Positions 20,270 to 30,348 of a stretch of DNA of 64,000 bases are shown here, piece by piece. Position numbers and translations under genes: made by a program. Every line of letters starts with the position of its first letter. The stretch's first letter is position 1. The stretch is from Candidatus Thorarchaeota archaeon. GTDB lineage: Archaea > Asgardarchaeota > Thorarchaeia > Thorarchaeales > Thorarchaeaceae. The notes beneath the pieces are model-generated. The model worked only from the letters and a program-made list of their open reading frames with translations. It was not told the origin of the DNA and ran no database searches. The stretch spans positions 10,738 through 74,737 of the forward strand of contig JBHLRZ010000016.1 of NCBI GenBank assembly GCA_048882045.1. The letters are read 5' to 3'.

Positions 20270-21394
20270 ATGACAGAGTACCCAGTCAGAAGAGACCCCC
20301 GCAAGATGATAGCTGCAGTATCAATCGTCGTCGTGTTGGCAATAGCGACATATGCAGTGGTAACTTGGTGGAAACCAAGGTTTGTTGTCTATACATACAG
20401 TAGTTTCCTCGACTGGGGAGATGAAGGAGCGGACGTTGTGCTTCAAAGGGCTTTTGCTCCCTTCGAAGCGAAATATGGAGTGGATGTTGATATCATTCTA
20501 CTTGATGCCGATGCAAATGGGATCATAGCCAAGTTAATTGCCGAATCATCAAATCCTGTTGCAGATGTTGTGATTGGGATAGACAACATTCTCATCCTTC
20601 AGGAAGAGGCGAGGAGTGTTTTAGAACCATATGAATCACCCAGCCTCAGTTTCATCAATGAATCGTTAGTCAATGCTCTTGATCCAGACCACTATCTAAC
20701 ACCCTTTGACTTTGGCCTTGTTACTCTCATCTACTCGACAACTACGATAAATACTACAACACATCCTCAACTGGGAAATCTGACGTTTGCTGACCTCGCA
20801 ACACCCGAACTTGCCTCAGCATTAGTAACAGAGAATCCCAACTTAAGTAGTCCCGGACTGGCTTTCTTGCTCTCGCAGATTGCAGTTTATGAAGAAATAC
20901 TTCAAGAAGACTGGACTTCTTGGTGGGAAACTGTCAAGAATGACATCAATGTTCAACAGGGTTGGAGTGAAGCATGGTCTGTTTGGTCAGGAGACCCTAC
21001 ACGACACCTGCTTGTCAGCTATGGCACCGACCCAGCATATTCATCGAAATGGTTGAACGGTTCAGAACCAGACACACGAGTAGCTCCTTTCTATTACAAT
21101 AATGAACCATGGGCATGGATGCAAGTTGAGGGAGCTGGGTTAGTCAAGAATGGCCCCAATCCAGAACTTGGCAAAGCCTTCATAGACTATTGCCTCAACG
21201 CTACAGTTCAGATGGAGATTCCCCTGAATCAGTGGATGTTTCCAGTGAGGACAGACCTAACACTACCCAGTGTCTATCAATATGCTATTCATCCAGATGA
21301 GATCAATGTTCTCAATGATTTGCTAAATGCGACCATAATAACAACCAACCTTGATACTTGGCTCAATCAATGGGACATAACAAGAATACCGTAG
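20270..21394 (+). CDS. thiB: Thiamine ABC transporter substrate-binding protein
   Basis: VYTYSSF, ADVVIGIDN, PFDFG, SSPGLAFL, VSYGTDPAY, QVEGAG, IPLNQWMFPV; N-terminal TM anchor. Confidence 0.9.
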   Translation: MTEYPVRRDPRKMIAAVSIVVVLAIATYAVVTWWKPRFVVYTYSSFLDWGDEGADVVLQRAFAPFEAKYGVDVDIILLDADANGIIAKLIAESSNPVADVVIGIDNILILQEEARSVLEPYESPSLSFINESLVNALDPDHYLTPFDFGLVTLIYSTTTINTTTHPQLGNLTFADLATPELASALVTENPNLSSPGLAFLLSQIAVYEEILQEDWTSWWETVKNDINVQQGWSEAWSVWSGDPTRHLLVSYGTDPAYSSKWLNGSEPDTRVAPFYYNNEPWAWMQVEGAGLVKNGPNPELGKAFIDYCLNATVQMEIPLNQWMFPVRTDLTLPSVYQYAIHPDEINVLNDLLNATIITTNLDTWLNQWDITRIP

Positions 21395-21405
21395 GTGAGA
21401 AGCGA

Positions 21406-23055
21406 TTGGACAAGAGGATACTGACAAGATACGCAGTGTTAGCATTCCCAATCATTCTACTGCTTGTATTCATAATATATCCAGTACTAACTGTCATTGT
21501 TCAAGGACTGACCTCAAGTAGAAACTCCTCCTTCTTTGATGTAATATCATCACCTTGGATTCAATCTGGATTTCTGTTCACGTTTTACCAAACAACCGTA
21601 AGTACTCTACTTGTCGTAGTTATAGGATTACCCGGAGCTTTCATGCTAGCTCGATTACGTTTCAAAGGGAAATCACTCGTTAGAGCCTTGATGGTTGTTC
21701 CATTTGTTCTTCCACCGATTGTTGTTGTAATTGGATTTAATCAGATGTTTGGTTCGTATGGAGTCATTGATTCAATTCTAATGTGGATGCAATCCTCAAA
21801 CGTATCGGTGTTCAATCTAGCCACTGGAGTTCCAGGAATCATCCTTGCACACACTTTCTACAACATCCCCTTGGTTATGCTGATGGTTTCCGCATCTCTT
21901 GAAAGATTGAATCCCGAGATTGAAGAAAGTGCTGAGCTCTTAGGTGCGACATCATTCCAAAGATCCAGGAAGATTACACTTCCACACATCCTACCGTCCC
22001 TTCTTGCCGCAGCCATACTCACATTCCTCTTCTGTTTCATGTCATTTCCAATCATCCTTGCTTTTGGACAATGGAGATACCTTACCATGGAAGCTCAGAT
22101 TTGGAACGCATTCAGACACTTCGACTATCTTGAGGCGAGTTCCCTTACTCTGGTTCAGCTATTCATCACATTAACACTAGCAGTAGCATATGTAAAACTG
22201 GGTGGTCAATCTAACGATGACACAGGACAGACTGCATCAATCAAGACTGTTGAATTCAATCAGTATCGTATGATAGAACGTGGTCTAATCATAACCTATG
22301 TGGTTTTGATTCTGGTTCTAATAATCGGTCCTATAGTGACAATTGTCAGGGCGGCTGTCTACAACCCCAACAACGGAGCTTATACTCTTGATGGATTTGC
22401 GAATCTACTAATCGGTGGAAGTCAAGGAGGTTTCACTCATCTGATCAACTCTCTTTTCTATTCATTCTTGGCGACACTCTTCGCAATCATTCTTGGAATT
22501 CCTCTTGCTCTGGCGATGCGGTCAAGATCGAAGACGATTCCAACATTAGCATCAATGATGATACTCCTCCCTTTAGGAGTATCATCAATCAGTGTTGCAT
22601 ACGGTCTTATGCTGACAATAGCGGTTCCAACTGGACTTGTGATAAATCCTTGGCCAATAATCGTAATCGCGCAAACGATTATTGGATTACCTTTCAGTGC
22701 ACGAGCAATTGAGATTTCTATGAGGAATATCAACCCAGATCTTCTTGACCAAGCAGACTCCCTTGGCGCATCAAGGATTCAGAAACTCATGTTTGTTGAA
22801 CTACCGCTACTGGCTCCAGGCATCTTGGTGGGTGGTGTCTTTGCGTTCGCCATGGCAATTGGAGAAATGTCAGCAACTTATCTTATAGCCCTCCCACAGA
22901 ACTACACACTGGCTGTTGCTATCTACACTAACTATGCTTCACGACACTTTGTGGAAGCAGGAGCAGCTGCTCTGATATTAGTAATGGTTTGCGTCATTGC
23001 ATTTCTGCTAATGGAACGAATCTCAGAAGGAAGTACAACGAGTGGTGCGTTATAA
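21406..23055 (+). CDS. thiP: Thiamine ABC transporter permease
   Basis: Duplicated permease with VPFVLPP, AHTFYNIP and two EAA loops; TTG start with SD. Confidence 0.88.
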   Translation: MDKRILTRYAVLAFPIILLLVFIIYPVLTVIVQGLTSSRNSSFFDVISSPWIQSGFLFTFYQTTVSTLLVVVIGLPGAFMLARLRFKGKSLVRALMVVPFVLPPIVVVIGFNQMFGSYGVIDSILMWMQSSNVSVFNLATGVPGIILAHTFYNIPLVMLMVSASLERLNPEIEESAELLGATSFQRSRKITLPHILPSLLAAAILTFLFCFMSFPIILAFGQWRYLTMEAQIWNAFRHFDYLEASSLTLVQLFITLTLAVAYVKLGGQSNDDTGQTASIKTVEFNQYRMIERGLIITYVVLILVLIIGPIVTIVRAAVYNPNNGAYTLDGFANLLIGGSQGGFTHLINSLFYSFLATLFAIILGIPLALAMRSRSKTIPTLASMMILLPLGVSSISVAYGLMLTIAVPTGLVINPWPIIVIAQTIIGLPFSARAIEISMRNINPDLLDQADSLGASRIQKLMFVELPLLAPGILVGGVFAFAMAIGEMSATYLIALPQNYTLAVAIYTNYASRHFVEAGAAALILVMVCVIAFLLMERISEGSTTSGAL

Positions 23056-24110
23056 TGGCGAAGGTTGAACTTAGAGAACTTGTGAGAGAGTTTGCTGATG
23101 GAACTAGAATTGGTCCAATTAATCTCATAATTGAAGATGGCGAGTTCCTCACATTACTGGGACCATCAGGAAGTGGTAAGACTACGACACTACGAATGGT
23201 TGCTGGTTTCATTGAGGACGTGGAGGGAAAACTACTCTTTGATGAAAAGGATGTAGTCGATGTACCTCCAAGAGAACGAAGTATCGGAATGGTCTTCCAG
23301 TCAGTTGCCTTGTTCCCAAACATGCGTGTGTACCAAAACATATCTTTCGGTCCAGAGATGGCAGGTTGGACGAGAGAGAGAACAATAGAACGAGTTGAGG
23401 AACTCGCTGACCTTCTGGGTATTCGAGGGCTCCTGCTGAGAAAGACCAATGAAATTAGTGGAGGAGAAGCACAGCGAGTTGCCCTCGCCAGAGCTCTAGC
23501 AAAAGAACCAGAACTCTTGTTGCTGGATGAACCATTATCTGCTCTAGATCCTCAGTTGAGAGAGAATTTGCAGACTGAGATTCGAAGAATCCAAAGAACA
23601 TTGAACATAACGACAATCTATGTCACACATAGTCAGGACGAAGCATTTGCAATCTCAGACAGAGTGGCAATTCTGCAAGACGGAATGGTTAGTCAAGTTG
23701 GTACTCCAGAAGAATTGTATGATGCTCCTGCGAATGAGTTCGTTGCTAGATTCCTCGGGAGCGGCAACATATTCAATGGAGAAATTGTGGAGAATAACAA
23801 CGGACTTCTTGTCCAAGTCAATGGAAATCAATTCAGTTTTCCAGGGGAAGGAGAGATTGGTGAGGTCATCACATTCAGTGTAAAGCCGGAGGATGTGATC
23901 ATATCAGCTCATGCTAGAGATGGATGGGTGAAAGCAGAAGTGGTGGCTATTACTCCGCAGGTTGGTTCATTCAGGGTGTCTATCGATTTCGATAATATTC
24001 AGATAATTGCATCGACAACTGATGAACAGCTGGTGAAACAGCTAAGAACCAATAGTGACAATGGTATTTACTTTGCATTTGATTCTGAATCAGTCTTCAT
24101 CTTCAGATGA
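23055..24110 (+). CDS. thiQ: Thiamine ABC transporter ATP-binding subunit (with TOBE domain)
   Basis: GPSGSGKTT, ISGGEAQR, LLLDEP, YVTH. Confidence 0.88.
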   Translation: MAKVELRELVREFADGTRIGPINLIIEDGEFLTLLGPSGSGKTTTLRMVAGFIEDVEGKLLFDEKDVVDVPPRERSIGMVFQSVALFPNMRVYQNISFGPEMAGWTRERTIERVEELADLLGIRGLLLRKTNEISGGEAQRVALARALAKEPELLLLDEPLSALDPQLRENLQTEIRRIQRTLNITTIYVTHSQDEAFAISDRVAILQDGMVSQVGTPEELYDAPANEFVARFLGSGNIFNGEIVENNNGLLVQVNGNQFSFPGEGEIGEVITFSVKPEDVIISAHARDGWVKAEVVAITPQVGSFRVSIDFDNIQIIASTTDEQLVKQLRTNSDNGIYFAFDSESVFIFR

Positions 24111-25181
24111 TTCGAAGTCTTCTCCTGGAGGAGGAGGAATGTTGTAACCTTTGGATTCTGGTTTTGGTACAGGCTCTGGTTCCGGTGGAGGTTCTAATAC
24201 TGGTTCAGGTTCGGACTCCATATCACTTGATGTTGACGGAGAAGGCACTTCCGCCGTCATAAAGACCTGACGCTCAACCAGAGATAGAACCTGACTACGA
24301 ATATAATCTGGAGAAGTTGCCATATCAGGCACATTGTATCGTGTTGAAAGGTACTGCATCATAGAGAGGGTTGCTCGTTTTTTGACAAATACAAAGATGA
24401 TTGTAAAGTTCAGAATTATTGAGAAGAGTGGTCCAATAGCGATGAGGATAATAAAAACCGGAACCCATGGAGCAGTAAAACCAATGCTCAATGTGAGCTC
24501 TAGCCAGACAAGAATAATGTCCACTCCAGCGAAGAACTCCAAGATATCCTCCACGTCATCTCCAACATTACTTAGAGACCTATCTTTTTTATCGAGATGA
24601 AACAGTCCTGCTTCCTTCATCAACCACGGACCATAGTAGAGTAACATGACCGTAAATGGGAGAATAAGTACACTTACAATCATCAAGACTGCACCAATAT
24701 AGATCAGACCCTCTGCATCAATACTCGTCATCAACTCGAAACCCAGAATTGTGAGAGCTATTCCGACAATGAGGACTGAGCCGTACAGAGACCTTCGAAA
24801 TGCAGCCCTTAGATTCTCATCCTCTGGCTCTGGTGACATGAAATAGTCTCCCGCGTGGTGTTTTGCACGTCTGTGAATCCAAAGAGGAAGACTCACTGTT
24901 CGCGGCCATTTTACCAGGATTGCACAGAGGATCACTGCAAGTATTATAGAGCCTACTGCGGCTCCCAACATATACATTGTATAGGGAACAAATCTCGTAG
25001 GGTCGAAGCTATAAAGACCGGAGAAGTTTAGCAAAGACAAAAGTCCCCAAGTGGAAGCAAGCAAAATCAACGTCGATATTAGGAATCCAAGGATGAGTTT
25101 AGCAATGCTTAGCTCCTTGGCTTCATCGAACAACTGCTTGTACGGATTGGTATATGTCTGTGCTTCTTCCATTTTCAGCAA
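24090..25181 (-). CDS. Hypothetical polytopic membrane protein with Pro/Glu-rich C-terminal tail
   Basis: ~6 TM segments; tail EPEPVLEPPPEPEPVPKP...IPPPPGEDF. Confidence 0.7.
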   Translation of the reverse strand: MLKMEEAQTYTNPYKQLFDEAKELSIAKLILGFLISTLILLASTWGLLSLLNFSGLYSFDPTRFVPYTMYMLGAAVGSIILAVILCAILVKWPRTVSLPLWIHRRAKHHAGDYFMSPEPEDENLRAAFRRSLYGSVLIVGIALTILGFELMTSIDAEGLIYIGAVLMIVSVLILPFTVMLLYYGPWLMKEAGLFHLDKKDRSLSNVGDDVEDILEFFAGVDIILVWLELTLSIGFTAPWVPVFIILIAIGPLFSIILNFTIIFVFVKKRATLSMMQYLSTRYNVPDMATSPDYIRSQVLSLVERQVFMTAEVPSPSTSSDMESEPEPVLEPPPEPEPVPKPESKGYNIPPPPGEDFESSEDED

Positions 25182-25337
25182 CCGAATAGTGTTAGCACAT
25201 CTGACTCATAAGCCTTCTTGACACTTATTGAAAGAAGAACACCCATCTATCTAGCACAAAATAGTTCATATAGCACAAGATGAGATTAATCGTTGCGCTG
25301 GCAATGCCAACTCTGCATAGTAACGTAGTGATTGATT

Positions 25338-26252
25338 ATGGTTGTAGGCTACGAAGTTTTAGAAGACGGAACCCTGAATGAGGTCGAGCTCACAAAAGAT
25401 GACCTTGAATCAACCAAGGTTGTCTGCGTCGTTGATGATGAAACAAAGAGCATCTATCTCTGGAAAGGAACCCAGGCAGGAGTTAGGAGAAAGTTCATTG
25501 GCGCAAGGGTTGCGACCAATCTCCGGACAGAGTATGGATTTCATTTTAAGGTCAGACCTTTAGATGAAGGAGAAGAACCCCCAACCTTCTTTTCAGCACT
25601 TGATGGCACAACTGCAGCAGCAAGGATTCTAAAACCAGGAGAATCAGCCCCGCCCCCAAGTCCACCCAAACCGAAGACTGAAGCTCGAGCTGAAGAAGCA
25701 GCAGCACCTCCCAAACCAAAACCAGATACATCAACTCCAAAAACAACTACAACACCTCCGCCTACACCAAAAACAGCTGCACCTCCACCAAGACCACCGA
25801 CATCAACACCTGCGTCAAAAAGCCCACCAGTTTCAGCAGAAATCCAAGCTATGATAGCAGAACTAGAAACAGTCGATCCACCAGAGGGCTACCAGCGAGA
25901 GTTACTCATTGTTTACAACGAACTGTTTACAGTAGCGGAGCACAAGATTGCAGTCTTTGGACAGGAAAAGGTTGAACGTAAGTTCGAGAAAGTGAAAGAT
26001 CCACCTGAAGGGACATTTATGGCAGAAGGTTTCATTCCACGAGTCATAGTACAGGATGGTAAGGTCTTAGGAATTGAGCTTCTCAAAGGAACTCCGGATG
26101 CAATCCTCAGTCCAATAAAGGCAGAGATGAAGGAACGCCTAGGGGATCTCATTACATTCTTCCGTTCAGAGATCGAGGAAGAAGCAATGTCCAAGGACAA
26201 GGCTGACGCAAAAGCTAAGGGTAAGAAAGGCAAGAAGCTTGTTGCCAAATAA
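25338..26252 (+). CDS. Gelsolin-domain protein, Asgard 1DGelX-like (gelsolin domain + Pro-rich linker + C-terminal domain)
   Basis: VCVVDDETKSIYLWKG...RKFIGARVA...LDEGEEPPTFF matches the gelsolin repeat pattern; ~70 aa Pro/Thr linker; C-terminal PPEGYQRELLI domain. Confidence 0.8.
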   Translation: MVVGYEVLEDGTLNEVELTKDDLESTKVVCVVDDETKSIYLWKGTQAGVRRKFIGARVATNLRTEYGFHFKVRPLDEGEEPPTFFSALDGTTAAARILKPGESAPPPSPPKPKTEARAEEAAAPPKPKPDTSTPKTTTTPPPTPKTAAPPPRPPTSTPASKSPPVSAEIQAMIAELETVDPPEGYQRELLIVYNELFTVAEHKIAVFGQEKVERKFEKVKDPPEGTFMAEGFIPRVIVQDGKVLGIELLKGTPDAILSPIKAEMKERLGDLITFFRSEIEEEAMSKDKADAKAKGKKGKKLVAK

Positions 26253-26274
26253 TCATGATCCAAGAGGAATACAT

Positions 26275-26664
26275 ATGTCATCTAATCTCGACCCAGCAAA
26301 GGAAAAGGAGCTTGTCGAGCTCCTAATGGGCTTAACAAACTATGCAGATCTTGATGCCATCGCTGTCATCAGCAAACAAGGTGTCAAACTTGCGTACTTT
26401 GCAACAGAGGACTCAGATGTTGATCCAGACCTGATGGCAGCAATGAGTGCTGCACTTCTCAGTACTGGAGAAATGGCGGCTGGAAATCTTGAGTTGAACG
26501 AGCTCTATGAAGTAATAGTTAGAGGGAAGGATGGATTTGTTGTCCTCTCTCATGCAGGAGAGTTTCTACTTATGGGATCCGCAAAGGACCTAACATCGAT
26601 GGGACTCGCAGTCACTCAGATGAGAAAATACGCAAGAGAAGTCGGTGAACTTCTGGGTCAATAG
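26275..26664 (+). CDS. Roadblock/LC7 domain protein
   Basis: AVISKQG...DLMAAMSAALL...EL.EVIVRGKDGFVVL...MGL pattern. Confidence 0.88.
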   Translation: MSSNLDPAKEKELVELLMGLTNYADLDAIAVISKQGVKLAYFATEDSDVDPDLMAAMSAALLSTGEMAAGNLELNELYEVIVRGKDGFVVLSHAGEFLLMGSAKDLTSMGLAVTQMRKYAREVGELLGQ

Positions 26665-26760
26665 TAACTCATTAGCTTCGTTCCATCCGAGATTATGTTA
26701 CATGGGTTAATAGTCAATAATCAATAGCAGATTAATGACGATTATTTGGTTGAATGAATC

Positions 26761-27171
26761 GTGAAGGGAATCATTGTGTTTGATGAAGGAGGCGTAAGTC
26801 TTGCCTCAGTCGGTTTAGAGAACATCAAGCTCAATGAGGACCTTTTTGGTTCATTCATTGCTGCCATTCAGGCCTACGCCCAGAAATCAGTTGGAAGCAT
26901 GATGAAGTCACTAACGTATAGCAAAATGAAACTCATGATTGATTTTGCAGCTGAGAATTTTGTAGTCACTCTACATGGAATTGATGACCCTGATGCTGAC
27001 TGGAACCACAGTGCCACTGTAAGAGTGATTGAGGGAGATGGATTCGAACTCAATCAGCAATACCTCGAAATCCTAAGGGAGCTCTTGACAGACGAAATCG
27101 TATCACCAGATGAAGTTGAGAATGGGATTGATAAGCTCAGGAAAGCGACGCGATCATTCCTAGATAAGTAG
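26761..27171 (+). CDS. Small longin-like domain protein
   Basis: IIVFDEGGVSL...NEDLFGSFIAAIQAYA...MKSL, the same pattern as the N-termini of 43502-45220. Confidence 0.6.
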   Translation: MKGIIVFDEGGVSLASVGLENIKLNEDLFGSFIAAIQAYAQKSVGSMMKSLTYSKMKLMIDFAAENFVVTLHGIDDPDADWNHSATVRVIEGDGFELNQQYLEILRELLTDEIVSPDEVENGIDKLRKATRSFLDK

Positions 27172-27309
27172 GCTAGTCAACTGTTAATTGAGTGGAACGA
27201 ACCGATCAGTTATAGAACAGTCAATTACACTGCTGATAAACCATATTGAGTATATGGTGAAAAGACATAATTGAGAAAAGACAACCAACTCAAATTATGA
27301 GGTGATTCT

Positions 27310-28974
27310 GTGGTAAGAAATCTCTCCCTCCATTTTCTATATCGGAAAGAAGGAACAAGAATTGAGGTTGAACCTGAAGGTGTTGGATTAATTGATGCTC
27401 TTGTAGCTGCGGAGTCACTCAAAGGTAGTAGTTCTAGAGTAGCAAGTCTGAGTAGAGTATCATTCCCATTTTGGTTGGTTCAGACATCATCAACAAAATC
27501 AATCATCCTATCAGCATCAAGTAGTATGATTAAGCAATTTCAGTTTACAGACATCAAAGGTGCTAGTGAAATAAGAAGGATTGTCAGTTCTGAGGTCACC
27601 CAGTCATCAGACATTCCTGTTGCGGTATCGAAAATTGGACCTCTCCTGGATCAAGTAGACACATACACAGTTGACCTTTCAGGGTTGATTGCACCAGCAG
27701 CATTTGTTTCCGTTGGTAGGCTAATTGTTGCTTCTGATCCAAATGCTAAACCCAATAGAATGGAGATGAGGACAGATTCCGGGGGTGCATTGAAAAGATC
27801 AGAAGAGTTCAAGGAGGTCTCTGAATCAGTAAAAAGAAGGACAGAAGCGACAGAAGCCATAAAGTCTTTGTTCAAGGAGAAGCTTGGAGGTCAATCTTCA
27901 ACTCTTGAGAACCTGATTGAACTCGAGAGAAAAAGGTGGGATGAGAGAATCAAAACTATGCAAGAAAGAACCGCTCAGGAGATTGTTGGACTCAAAGAGA
28001 AGAGGGATGACCAATATTACAACCTTGGTGAGAAACATAAGATTGCTTTACGTGCCTTGACTGCGGATTTCGCTAGAGCAGCAAATGACCTTGAACAGCA
28101 TTTTACACAGATATCCGAGCAAATCAGAGATGCAAAATCGAAGATAGGACAAAAAGAGGATGATGTTGAAGGAGCAATCTCCATTTACGAAGATCTTGTA
28201 AATAATGTACGAAAGACTATCGAGAGAAGCAATCAACCTATTGAAGTAATGGATAGAAAAAGAGAAGAATTAGAAAAACGAACTGTCGAAGCCAGAAGGA
28301 ATTACGAGCAGGAAAAGACCCAGGCTCAATCATCTCTTGAGTTACAGATTAATGACATCCAAAAGAGAATTGAGGACACCAAGAGCGAGCGAGAACAAAA
28401 CCTGAGAGAACTCGATGAATTGAGGCTCAATGTGAATTCGGTGATTGAGAAGGCTTACAAAGATGTTGAAAACAAGATCCTCAAGTTCCAGGAGGAGTTC
28501 CTAAATCTCATGTCTTGGACTTTGGACAATAACTCGATAAATCAGCTAGCTCCTCTAACTCAACTGGACATTCACACTTATGTAGCGAAATTTGACAATG
28601 ACCTATACAAAGTGATTACCCCTCATTTCACACCGGAAACTTGGAATTCTATAACACCAGGAGCGGGGGTTGTCCTCAGTAGAGAGTTTGATGAGATGCT
28701 CACGACATCAATTGATGAATGGATGAAGTCTGATCGATCCTTCAAAGAAGCTTTTGATCGTGCATGTATCAAAGGAAATGTGTTTCTAGACCCTGAAGGC
28801 GAAAAGATGCTAGCTGCAGGATTTGAATCACTGAGTAATAGAAAACTACTAGGATCTTCTGACATAGAGAGATATGCAAGACTTTGGTACAGATATGCCA
28901 AAAAGTGTCCAAAATGCAGTAGCGAATTAGAAGCTGGAGCAAAGTATTGTAATAGTTGTGGTTCTGAATTGTAG
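27310..28974 (+). CDS. Long coiled-coil protein with C-terminal zinc ribbon
   Basis: ~240 aa heptad-rich central region; CPKC...AKYCNSCG at the C-terminus. Confidence 0.75.
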   Translation: MVRNLSLHFLYRKEGTRIEVEPEGVGLIDALVAAESLKGSSSRVASLSRVSFPFWLVQTSSTKSIILSASSSMIKQFQFTDIKGASEIRRIVSSEVTQSSDIPVAVSKIGPLLDQVDTYTVDLSGLIAPAAFVSVGRLIVASDPNAKPNRMEMRTDSGGALKRSEEFKEVSESVKRRTEATEAIKSLFKEKLGGQSSTLENLIELERKRWDERIKTMQERTAQEIVGLKEKRDDQYYNLGEKHKIALRALTADFARAANDLEQHFTQISEQIRDAKSKIGQKEDDVEGAISIYEDLVNNVRKTIERSNQPIEVMDRKREELEKRTVEARRNYEQEKTQAQSSLELQINDIQKRIEDTKSEREQNLRELDELRLNVNSVIEKAYKDVENKILKFQEEFLNLMSWTLDNNSINQLAPLTQLDIHTYVAKFDNDLYKVITPHFTPETWNSITPGAGVVLSREFDEMLTTSIDEWMKSDRSFKEAFDRACIKGNVFLDPEGEKMLAAGFESLSNRKLLGSSDIERYARLWYRYAKKCPKCSSELEAGAKYCNSCGSEL

Positions 28975-29046
28975 TTGGGTCCTTTCTTTATGGTTTAATA
29001 ACAAATAATATACGGTGGATGGCGAGCAGCAGAAATAGGGGTAAAG

Positions 29047-30249
29047 ATGAAACTCGACATCACTCCACGTGCAGCAAACCTCCAATATGCAATTCGAGAT
29101 ATCGTTGTTGCAGCAAGAAAGTATGAGAAGAGAACAGGGGAGAAACCTCTCTATCTCAATATTGGTGATCCCATAAAATATGATTGGAAAACTCCTCAGT
29201 ATATGGTGGATGCAATCTGCAAAGCAGCAAAAGAAGGCTGGAATGGTTATTCTCCTTCAGAAGGTGAGGAGCAGCTCAGGATATCGGCTGCAGAAAAAGA
29301 GAAACGAGTCAATGGGATTGATGTCAATCCAGATCGGATGATAGTCACATCAGGGGTCTCAGAGGCAATCCAGTTTCTCTGTGGTGCTCTCGTTGAGCGA
29401 GGTTCTGAACTTCTGGTTCCAGGACCTTCATATCCTCCATATATCAGCTATGTGAATTTCTTTGGTGGAAAGCCAGTTGCCTACAGGACAATCGAGGAGG
29501 ATGATTGGAATCCGGACACAGATGACCTCCGAAAGAAGATCACAGACAAGACAGTAGGTATACTTGTCATCAATCCAAACAATCCCACAGGCTCAGTGTA
29601 CAACGAGAAAACACTTAGAGAGATTGTAGCAATTGCTGGCGAACACGAACTGCCCCTAATTTCAGATGAGATCTATGATCAGCTGACCTATGACGAACCA
29701 CAAACACCAATGGTCAGAATAGCAGGCGATGTACCTGTCGTCGGTTTCAACGGAGTAAGTAAAGTGTACCTTGCACCTGGATGGCGTGTGGGGTATGCTT
29801 ACTTCCACGACATGAGTGGTGAGCTCGACCCACTATACGATGCGATGATCCGTCAGGCGAGAATCAGGATATGTTTGAATGCCACTGCACAGATAGCAGC
29901 AGCAACAGCATTGGCTGGAGATGGAAGTCATCTAAAGGATGTCATGAGTCGTCTTCGGATAAGAAGGGATTTGATACACAAACGACTCAACGAAATCGAT
30001 TCAATTTCAACACGACTACCTGAGGCAGCCTTCTACATAATGCCTAAGGTTGATCTACAAGGGAGATGGAAGGATGATTATGAGTTTGTATTGGCAGTCC
30101 TTGAAGAAACAGGTGTGGTATTTGTTCCTGGTAGAGGATTCGGTGTAGAGTATGGAGCTGGACACTTCCGAAGCGTGTTTCTACCACCGCCAGAGATGAT
30201 TGAGGATGCAATGAATCGCCTTGAAGGATTCATGATTAAAAACCAGTAG
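29047..30249 (+). CDS. Class I/II PLP aminotransferase (alanine aminotransferase AlaA-like)
   Basis: YAIRD, LNIGDP, INPNNPTG, SDEIYD, NGVSKVYLAPGWRVG. Confidence 0.9.
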   Translation: MKLDITPRAANLQYAIRDIVVAARKYEKRTGEKPLYLNIGDPIKYDWKTPQYMVDAICKAAKEGWNGYSPSEGEEQLRISAAEKEKRVNGIDVNPDRMIVTSGVSEAIQFLCGALVERGSELLVPGPSYPPYISYVNFFGGKPVAYRTIEEDDWNPDTDDLRKKITDKTVGILVINPNNPTGSVYNEKTLREIVAIAGEHELPLISDEIYDQLTYDEPQTPMVRIAGDVPVVGFNGVSKVYLAPGWRVGYAYFHDMSGELDPLYDAMIRQARIRICLNATAQIAAATALAGDGSHLKDVMSRLRIRRDLIHKRLNEIDSISTRLPEAAFYIMPKVDLQGRWKDDYEFVLAVLEETGVVFVPGRGFGVEYGAGHFRSVFLPPPEMIEDAMNRLEGFMIKNQ

Positions 30250-30348
30250 TGGATTATTGCATACTTCTTGCTGTTGCAGTCTTTCTCAAGAGGAAGTTCT
30301 AAACTCCTTACCATCTTTCTTACATAGAATCTGGAGTAGATTGTAAAA

